40,727 nt of DNA, taken from an uncultured Candidatus Saccharibacteria bacterium. GTDB taxonomy: Bacteria; Patescibacteriota; Saccharimonadia; Saccharimonadales; UBA4665. Positions 20,831 through 27,135 of the stretch are shown one piece after another; the first letter of the stretch is position 1; every line of letters starts with the position of its first letter. Position numbers and translations under genes: made by a program. The notes beneath the pieces are model-generated. The model saw only the letters and a program-made list of their open reading frames with translations. It did not search any database and was not told the origin of the DNA. The stretch lies in assembly GCA_964469755.1 (NCBI GenBank), contig CAYXYX010000001.1, positions 1-40,727 on the forward strand. The letters run 5' to 3'.

Positions 20831-22105
20831 ATGAATATAACCCTCCAAGACATAATCCAATCCATCAAGCGACCAGCTTACTTCTTAGCATCATTAGCTA
20901 TGATTTTTGCAGCCAGTTCAGGCGTAGTTGAAGCCGCCGCAGTTGGTGGCCAAGTGCAATACCGATCAATCAAAATGAGTGATAACGGTGTTAGCGGTGG
21001 GACAATCACTACCGGCGTTGGTAGTGGTACAGCGGTTAGCTACCGCGTGACATTCCGCGCCGCAACTAGCTACACCATTAAGGGTATAGTGTTGGACTTT
21101 TGTGCTGGTACCGGTGGTACGCCGTTTATTGGCGACTCAACCTGTGCTGCGCCTACTGACTTTACCGTTGGGGCTACGCCAACTATTGACACCTCCGACT
21201 ATGTCGTCGGTGCATCAACTACCTCGGGTCTTGGGACTACCGCTAACTGGACGCCAACCTCAATTAACTCTGGTCAAACCTTTGAAATGACTAACTCAAC
21301 CGGCTTTGCCCTAACAAGTGGAACTGATTATACCTTTGAGATTAGCGGCATCACCAACCCAAGTGATCTTGGGACCTTCTATTCTCGTCTCGTAACCTAC
21401 ATAAGTGACACTGGTAGTATTAGCAGTTACGCCCACGGTACCCCTGGCACCTACCAGGACTACGGTGGTTTTGCCCTCAGTACTGCAGAGATCGTGCAAG
21501 TTACGGCTAAGGTCCAAGAAACAATGACGTTCTGCGTGTCTGGCACCACCACCCCACCAACCTTTACGGCGCCTACTGATTGCACGACGGCTGTTCCTGC
21601 AGCAATTACCTTAGGTCACGGCACGAACAATACATTGGATGGTACGGCAATCGATACAAATACGGTGTATACATACGTATCTACCAATGCCCTACATGGC
21701 GTCTCAATTCGGGCGCACAACAGCAATGTCTGTGGTGGTCTTAGTACCGACAGTGGAACGACTTGTGCGATTCCAGCAGTTGGTTCGGGAGCTGGTATTA
21801 TTGGCACTATCGTTGCCGGTACGGCGAGCTTTGGAATGCGTTGTCACGACAGCACCGGTGGTACCGGTTCAGTAGCCTGTGATGCTAACTACTTATACGA
21901 TGCTTTGAACACAGATAACTACGGCATGGACTCGACAACTAGTGGAACAAACGTCACGACTACCTACGGTGACGTGGTAGCGGCTTCGACAGCACCAATT
22001 AGCGGTGTAACTAACACTTACGATTTTGCAGCTACTGCTAGTGATACCACTCCAGCCGGTATTTACACTGCCAACTTCGCCCTTGTAGCTACTGGTACCT
22101 TCTAG
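20831..22105 (+). CDS. Secreted paralog P4 (two-module, 8 Cys)
   Basis: I chose the ATG at 20831 (MNITLQDII..., signal ...SSGVVEAAA). Motifs are 'GQVQYRSIKMSDNGVSGG', 'DFCAG...GDSTCAAPTDF', 'ITNPSDLGTFYSRLVTY' and the C-terminus 'PAGIYTANFALVATGTF*'. Confidence 0.75.
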   Translation: MNITLQDIIQSIKRPAYFLASLAMIFAASSGVVEAAAVGGQVQYRSIKMSDNGVSGGTITTGVGSGTAVSYRVTFRAATSYTIKGIVLDFCAGTGGTPFIGDSTCAAPTDFTVGATPTIDTSDYVVGASTTSGLGTTANWTPTSINSGQTFEMTNSTGFALTSGTDYTFEISGITNPSDLGTFYSRLVTYISDTGSISSYAHGTPGTYQDYGGFALSTAEIVQVTAKVQETMTFCVSGTTTPPTFTAPTDCTTAVPAAITLGHGTNNTLDGTAIDTNTVYTYVSTNALHGVSIRAHNSNVCGGLSTDSGTTCAIPAVGSGAGIIGTIVAGTASFGMRCHDSTGGTGSVACDANYLYDALNTDNYGMDSTTSGTNVTTTYGDVVAASTAPISGVTNTYDFAATASDTTPAGIYTANFALVATGTF

Positions 22106-22116
22106 GGCAGCCATGA

Positions 22117-23178
22117 ATGGCCCAGTCACTTCTAAAGAATCAGTCCGTTAAACGATCAGCAATTTTTGTGCTGGTGGCTGTATTTATGGCGCTTGGCGTC
22201 CTGAACACCATACAAGCCGATGGCCAGCGCTTACTCAATCGCTCGCTTAAGCTAAATAATAATCAGGCAGGCAAAACAGCTTTGTATAGTTTTGGGTTTC
22301 AGCCACCCAGCCTTGGCGTCATACAGACTATCTTATTTGAGGTCTGTGCCAACGATCCGTATCCGGGTAAACCTTGCGTGCCACCAGTTGGTTTTGATGC
22401 CTCGGCTGCAACATTAGTTAGCCAGACTGGTGATGTTGGGTTCAGTATGTCGCCACAGTCTACGGCTAATCGTATGGTAATTGAACGTTCGCCCTTCGCT
22501 TCAGATGGCGTGCCAAACAGTTATGTTTTTGATAACGTCGTTAACCCCAGTAACGACGGTTCATATTATGTGCGTATACAGACCTTTCCGGATGGTGACA
22601 TGAATGGTGTGGCCAATTATTATGGAGGCATCGCTTTTGCCATCACGAGGTTGGTGACTATTAACGCTGTGGTACCGCCATATCTGCTATTTTGCGTCGG
22701 CATAACTATAAGCGGTTACGATTGCGAAAATGTTGACGGGAATTACGTCAATTTTGGTGAGTTCGGCAGTCGGCAGGCCAGTCAAGGCGATACCCAAATG
22801 CTGGCTGCCAGTAACGCTAAGGATGGCTATAATATTCGAATACTTGGTAATACGCTGACCTCTGGTACTAACGCTATCCCTGCGATTACTAGTAATGACA
22901 TTTCACGGCCGGGCGTCAGTCAGTTTGGGTTAAACTTACGGGCAAATAGTTCACCACAAGGGGGGATTGATGTGACTGGTTTTGGCACTGGTCTACCGTC
23001 AGCGAACTACAGCCAGATTAACTTTTACCGATTTAACTCTGGTGACATTGTGGCATCATCGACCGCCCCAGACAAAGCACGCAAATTCACGGCCACTTAC
23101 GTGGTTAACATCCAAAAGGATCAGGCACCCGGCGTGTATGTTAGTACGCTAACCTATATAGCGCTGGGTAATTTTTAA
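22117..23178 (+). CDS. Secreted paralog P5 (two-module, 4 Cys)
   Basis: Signal peptide, then 'GQRLLNRSLKLNNNQAG', 'EVCANDPYPGKPCVPPVGF', 'VVNPSNDGSYYVRIQTF', 'GVSQFGLNLRANSSP' and the C-terminus 'APGVYVSTLTYIALGNF*'. It starts 11 nt after P4. Confidence 0.75.
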   Translation: MAQSLLKNQSVKRSAIFVLVAVFMALGVLNTIQADGQRLLNRSLKLNNNQAGKTALYSFGFQPPSLGVIQTILFEVCANDPYPGKPCVPPVGFDASAATLVSQTGDVGFSMSPQSTANRMVIERSPFASDGVPNSYVFDNVVNPSNDGSYYVRIQTFPDGDMNGVANYYGGIAFAITRLVTINAVVPPYLLFCVGITISGYDCENVDGNYVNFGEFGSRQASQGDTQMLAASNAKDGYNIRILGNTLTSGTNAIPAITSNDISRPGVSQFGLNLRANSSPQGGIDVTGFGTGLPSANYSQINFYRFNSGDIVASSTAPDKARKFTATYVVNIQKDQAPGVYVSTLTYIALGNF

Positions 23179-23217
23179 CGTGTAATAAGTGTCACATTAG
23201 AATAATGCAACAGGGGC

Positions 23218-23246
23218 TTGGCAAAGCGCTAATGGTTTGGTACTAT
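23218..23246 (+). promoter_or_regulatory. Promoter TTGGCA-N17-(TGg)TACTAT upstream of the tail-anchored two-domain protein
   Basis: TTGGCA at 23218-23223 and TACTAT at 23241-23246. It has the same TGgTACTAT -10 element as the P3 promoter. Confidence 0.5.
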
Positions 23247-23275
23247 GAGCTCAAACTTAAGTGGGGAAATCAAAC

Positions 23276-24343
23276 ATGGTTCGGAACAAATTGGTACGCA
23301 TAATCAGCTTGGTGGTTGCTGTAGGGGTGCTATCGACGACGACAGCATTTGCTGCTACCGCTAAAAAAACTACTGTCGTGGCAACGCCACAGCCTAACCC
23401 AGCGGCCGGCTCTGCGACCGACAACGGTCTTAAAGTATCGCCAGTTCGTTCCGATTTAACGATTCCCGATGGGACTACCCAAACAGTGGTCGTGACCGTC
23501 ACTAACGTTACATCTGGCGTTTCGGCATACCAAGTACAAGTTAACGACTTTACCGCCAGCAGCGACGAAAGTGGTCAACCACAAATCTTACTCGATGCAA
23601 CAAAGTACGCACCATCACACAGCCTTAAGCGCCTCGTAGGACCAGTTCCAAACGTTGTTCTACAACCTGGAGAATCAAAAAACATTAGTGTGCCTATTAC
23701 GGTACCTAAGGGTTACACCGCTGGGGGCTACTACGGTGCCATCCGTTTCGCTCCCCACACCGACAGCGATGCCGCTAACAAAAACGTTACCCTTTCCGCT
23801 AGCGTTGGTTCACTAGTGCTCGTTACTGTTCCTGGTGACATCAATGAACAGGTGAGCGTGGCTAGCCTTGATGCCCGTAAGGCAGTTCCAGCCAACCAAG
23901 TTGATGTTGCTAGCACCTTCTTCTTTAACCACAAGAACATTAACGGTGTTGTCCGCTTCCAAAACGGTGGCGATGTCCAAGAGCAGCCTTTTGGTAAGCT
24001 AACCGTAAAGAACTGGCGCGGAAAAGTGCTGGCTACTTACGAAATCAACAACGAAACCCCTCGCGGCAACGTGCTTCCCGACAGTATTCGTAAGTTCACC
24101 ATTCCTCTGACCTCCCTTGGAAAATTTGGTAAGTTCACCATGGTTGGTAACTTTGGCTACGGTAACTCCGGGCAACTCATAACCGCGCAGAGTACCTTCT
24201 ATGTCATTCCTTTGTACATCATTGCGCTAGTAGGTTTTCTGATTGCCGGTATTGTATACCTGATCTTCGGCCTACCACGTACCGTTAAGTGGTACAACCG
24301 CCGTGTTGTCTCTCGCTCTAAGAAGAGTAGCCGCAAGCGCTAA
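23276..24343 (+). CDS. Tail-anchored surface protein with two beta-sandwich-like domains (architecture like DUF916/DUF3324 CscA proteins); putative assembly or anchor factor
   Basis: The ATG at 23276 has GGGGA about 9 nt upstream. A signal peptide is followed by 'LKVSPVRSDLTIPDGTTQTVVVTVTNVTSG...' and 'GGYYGAIRF', then a second domain ('VRFQNGGDVQEQPFGKLTVKNW...'). A C-terminal TM helix 'VIPLYIIALVGFLIAGIVYLIFGL' and a basic tail 'SRSKKSSRKR' close the protein. It has no Cys. Confidence 0.65.
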   Translation: MVRNKLVRIISLVVAVGVLSTTTAFAATAKKTTVVATPQPNPAAGSATDNGLKVSPVRSDLTIPDGTTQTVVVTVTNVTSGVSAYQVQVNDFTASSDESGQPQILLDATKYAPSHSLKRLVGPVPNVVLQPGESKNISVPITVPKGYTAGGYYGAIRFAPHTDSDAANKNVTLSASVGSLVLVTVPGDINEQVSVASLDARKAVPANQVDVASTFFFNHKNINGVVRFQNGGDVQEQPFGKLTVKNWRGKVLATYEINNETPRGNVLPDSIRKFTIPLTSLGKFGKFTMVGNFGYGNSGQLITAQSTFYVIPLYIIALVGFLIAGIVYLIFGLPRTVKWYNRRVVSRSKKSSRKR

Positions 24344-24361
24344 CATCATTATGGTAGATTG

Positions 24362-24391
24362 GAAGGACCCGGCCGCTTGCGCTCGGGTCCT
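24362..24391 (+). terminator. Hairpin AAGGACCCG-N12-CGGGTCCTT after the two-domain gene (possible partial terminator)
   Basis: A 9-bp GC-rich perfect stem, but only a weak T-rich tail (TTACTCTATT). Confidence 0.35.
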
Positions 24392-24406
24392 TACTCTATT
24401 AAGCTA

Positions 24407-25312
24407 ATGGTTAAGATGTCTCTCAAGCGGATCAAACGAGTTCTAGGCGTAACTAGCCTTGCAATGCTGGTATTAGCTGGTCAGTTTTGCACAACCGCAT
24501 TGGCGGCCACCAATACGTCCCAAAACCCTCAGAATGGCTCTGTAGGGCTTGAGGGCACTATATCTACTGCTCCACCAACGCGTGGTGCTACCATTGCAAC
24601 ACCAGGCAACGGCGCCAGCTTTTCTACGACGCCCATTACCGTAGCCGGTTTATGTCCGACCGGCGTATTGGTCAAAATCTTCGATAACAACGTGTTCGTA
24701 GGCGCGGTACTCTGTAATAATGGCAGCTACACCTTACAAATTGACTTGTTTAGCGGCGCTAACCAGCTGGTCGCTCGGGTGTACGATGCACTGGACCAGA
24801 CTGGGCCAGATTCAAACGTTGTCACCGTGACGTTTAATGACGCGCAATTTGCCCAGTTTGGCTCACGAATCACGCTAACCAGTATTTACGCCCGCCGTGG
24901 CGCTTACCCTGGCGATCCGTTAAGCTGGCCTATTATTTTAAGTGGCGGGATCGGCCCGTACGCCATTAGTATTGACTGGGGTGACGGCTCGTCACCGCAA
25001 CTCATGAGCCAGGGTGTAGCCGGCAGCTTTGACATTAAGCACACCTACACCAACGCTGGCTACTACAAGATGGTCGTCCGCGCCACCGACAAAAACGGTA
25101 TAACCGCCTTCTTGCAGCTGGTTGCTGTGGCCAACGGCGCCACTCAAGCCGGCAATACCGACAAAAACGGTAGTTCATCCCAACTCAAAACCATCGTCCT
25201 TTGGTGGCCCGTGTTGCTTATCCTACCTCTGTTATTCGTAGCCTTCTGGCTCGGTCGTCGCCACGAACTCTACGTCCTTCGTAAAGAACTTGACAGCGCC
25301 AAACAACAGTAA
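24407..25312 (+). CDS. Surface protein with an Ig-like domain, a PKD-like domain and a C-terminal TM anchor
   Basis: Signal peptide, then 'ITVAGLCPTGVLVKIFDNNVFVGAVLCNNGSYTLQ' (an Ig-like module with a Cys pair). The PKD-type motif is 'YAISIDWGDGSS...HTYTNAGYYKMVVRATDKNG'. The C-terminal TM helix is 'IVLWWPVLLILPLLFVAFWLG'. The start could be 24407 or 24416. Confidence 0.7.
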   Translation: MVKMSLKRIKRVLGVTSLAMLVLAGQFCTTALAATNTSQNPQNGSVGLEGTISTAPPTRGATIATPGNGASFSTTPITVAGLCPTGVLVKIFDNNVFVGAVLCNNGSYTLQIDLFSGANQLVARVYDALDQTGPDSNVVTVTFNDAQFAQFGSRITLTSIYARRGAYPGDPLSWPIILSGGIGPYAISIDWGDGSSPQLMSQGVAGSFDIKHTYTNAGYYKMVVRATDKNGITAFLQLVAVANGATQAGNTDKNGSSSQLKTIVLWWPVLLILPLLFVAFWLGRRHELYVLRKELDSAKQQ

Positions 25313-25411
25313 GCTGGGCAATTACAATTTAGTTTGGTAGCACTCTACAGGCGAGCTTTGCTCGGCCTGTGGCGCTAGCAAACTGCCAAACTAAATTGTA
25401 ATTGCCCAGCT
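25312..25411. repeat. 100-nt palindromic element: 26-bp perfect inverted repeat arms with a partly self-complementary 48-nt spacer
   Basis: Arm 25312-25337 (AGCTGGGCAATTACAATTTAGTTTGG) is the exact reverse complement of arm 25386-25411. The spacer holds further imperfect pairing (CTACAGGCGAGC/GCTCGGCCTGTGG). No U-tract follows. Confidence 0.85.
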
Positions 25412-25420
25412 TGCTATACT
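25412..25420 (+). promoter_or_regulatory. Extended -10 promoter TGcTATACT, 6 nt upstream of the mnmA ATG (leaderless-type)
   Basis: TG at 25412-25413, TATACT at 25415-25420, ATG at 25427. Confidence 0.45.
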
Positions 25421-25426
25421 TAGTCG

Positions 25427-26464
25427 ATGACAAAAGTTTACCTAGGTATGTCCGGTGGAGTCGATAGCTCCGTTACGGCCGCACTCTTAAAGGAGCAGGG
25501 CTATGACGTCACGGGCGTGTATATGAAGAACTGGAGCAAGGATTTGCCTGGTTTTGCCTGTCCGTGGAAGGAAGACTTTCAAGATGCCAAGCGGGTAGCT
25601 GTGCAGCTGGGCATTGATTTTAAAATGTATGACTTCGAGACGGAGTATCGTCAAAAAGTGGTTGATTATATGGTGGCGGGCTATCAAGCAGGCATTACCC
25701 CTAACCCCGACATTATGTGCAATCAAGAAGTTAAATTTAAACTATTCTTAGACGCAGCTTTGGCGGACGGTGCAGACATGATTGCTACCGGACACTATGC
25801 CCGCATTAAGGACGGCCAATTACTTGCCGGCGAAGACGCTAAAAAGGACCAATCGTACTTTTTATACCGTGTGACCGAAGACGCTCTGCGTAAATCCCTG
25901 ATGCCAATAGGCGAAATGGAAAAGCCAGAGGTGCGTAAACTCGCCACCAAGCTCGGTTTGGCGACGGCTGATAAAAAGGACAGTCAAGGCATTTGCTTTG
26001 TGGGCAAAGTTGGCATTAAAGAGTTTTTACTGGCCGAATTAGGCGAGCAGGAACATGGGGCAATTGTAGATGAAACGGGCAATACCATTGGCGAGCACGA
26101 TGGCGCACTGTTTTACACCATCGGTCAGCGCCACGGGCTAGATGTCGGCGGCGGTCTACCATACTATGTGGTCGGCAAAGATATGGCCAAGAACGAAGTG
26201 TATGTGACCACCGACCTGCAAGACGCACGTTTGTGGCGTAACGAGCTCAGCTTAGCTAGTGTGCATTGGATTAACGGCGCGCCCGCCGCTGGTAGTTATC
26301 AGGTCCGAACCCGTTACCGCGCGCCACTTGTTACGGCCGAATTAAGCCACACCGCGCAGGGTGTAACACTCAAATTAACTGATGAAGTTCGGGCCATCAC
26401 CCCTGGGCAATCAGCGGTTTTGTACGACGGCGAGCTGGTTTTAGGTGGCGGCATTGTTATTTAA
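25427..26464 (+). CDS. mnmA: tRNA-specific 2-thiouridylase MnmA
   Basis: 345 aa. It has the PP-loop 'GMSGGVDSSV', 'NPDIMCN', 'ATGHYAR', 'KDQSYFL' and 'DSQGICFVG'. Confidence 0.93.
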   Translation: MTKVYLGMSGGVDSSVTAALLKEQGYDVTGVYMKNWSKDLPGFACPWKEDFQDAKRVAVQLGIDFKMYDFETEYRQKVVDYMVAGYQAGITPNPDIMCNQEVKFKLFLDAALADGADMIATGHYARIKDGQLLAGEDAKKDQSYFLYRVTEDALRKSLMPIGEMEKPEVRKLATKLGLATADKKDSQGICFVGKVGIKEFLLAELGEQEHGAIVDETGNTIGEHDGALFYTIGQRHGLDVGGGLPYYVVGKDMAKNEVYVTTDLQDARLWRNELSLASVHWINGAPAAGSYQVRTRYRAPLVTAELSHTAQGVTLKLTDEVRAITPGQSAVLYDGELVLGGGIVI

Positions 26465-26532
26465 TTGACAGCTTAAGCATAAGCGAGTATTTTACATCTA
26501 TAACACTATTGTAAAACACAAAACATAGCATT

Positions 26533-27135
26533 ATGACCGAAGCAATCTATCCGCTTACACCTGAATCACCAAGTAGTTGGTTGCTGCAAGCGGCTCGGTC
26601 ATCCCAGGAAACTACAGATATACAGCGGCTTGCCGCGTTGCAGCAACGTAAAACGGAGCATGTTATCGCATCGTTGGCCTCCAATAGGGTCGCTTTTTTA
26701 GATTGTGTGCACCACATTGCTCTGCTCCGACTGGCGCATAAGGAAGCATTATCCCCAAACCTTCAGGTGGCCGAAGCGGTACATGGGCTTCGAGGGAACA
26801 AGGCGTCCAGCGATGGGGTTACTCTATTCATAGAGCATGAAAAACGCGACGGCGGGGTACTGAGCATCACGGCCGATACGAGAACGGCGCCTGCTGATGG
26901 GGTCTTGGAGCGGCAGTGGACGGTTTCGGCATTTGCTCATCACGAAGCTGTTCAGCGTTACACGGAGACAATTGTTGTACCCGCGAGACCGGGTTTTGAA
27001 GGCTCTGAAACAACTAGCAAACGTACCTTAGGGCCCCAAGATGTCATAGAATTACAGCGATTGGTGATGGCGGCGTGCGTGGGGGAAAACGAACGGCTCG
27101 CGCCGCAGTCTCGGCTCTGGGCCGTTGCTGACTAG
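26533..27135 (+). CDS. Hypothetical protein
   Basis: 200-aa ORF with no signal peptide and no recognisable motif. Its stop overlaps the stop of the convergent 554-aa gene. Confidence 0.4.
   Translation: MTEAIYPLTPESPSSWLLQAARSSQETTDIQRLAALQQRKTEHVIASLASNRVAFLDCVHHIALLRLAHKEALSPNLQVAEAVHGLRGNKASSDGVTLFIEHEKRDGGVLSITADTRTAPADGVLERQWTVSAFAHHEAVQRYTETIVVPARPGFEGSETTSKRTLGPQDVIELQRLVMAACVGENERLAPQSRLWAVAD

Noticed and set aside
17306-23178. Calling P1-P5 WxL-domain proteins, SCPU/Csu pilins or outer-membrane beta-barrels because of the terminal Phe.
   Set aside because: No W-x-L motifs are present (the nearest is 'NTWTFAAT'). The proteins are much larger than SCPU subunits. There is no usher or Bam machinery in the window, and the envelope genes suggest a monoderm. 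Only an architectural analogy is claimed.
25312-25411. The 26-bp inverted repeats as the termini of an insertion sequence or transposon.
   Set aside because: The arms are only 48 nt apart and enclose no ORF. The window has no transposase or integrase, and I saw no obvious target-site duplication flanking the arms. I kept it as a palindromic element of unknown role rather than calling it mobile.
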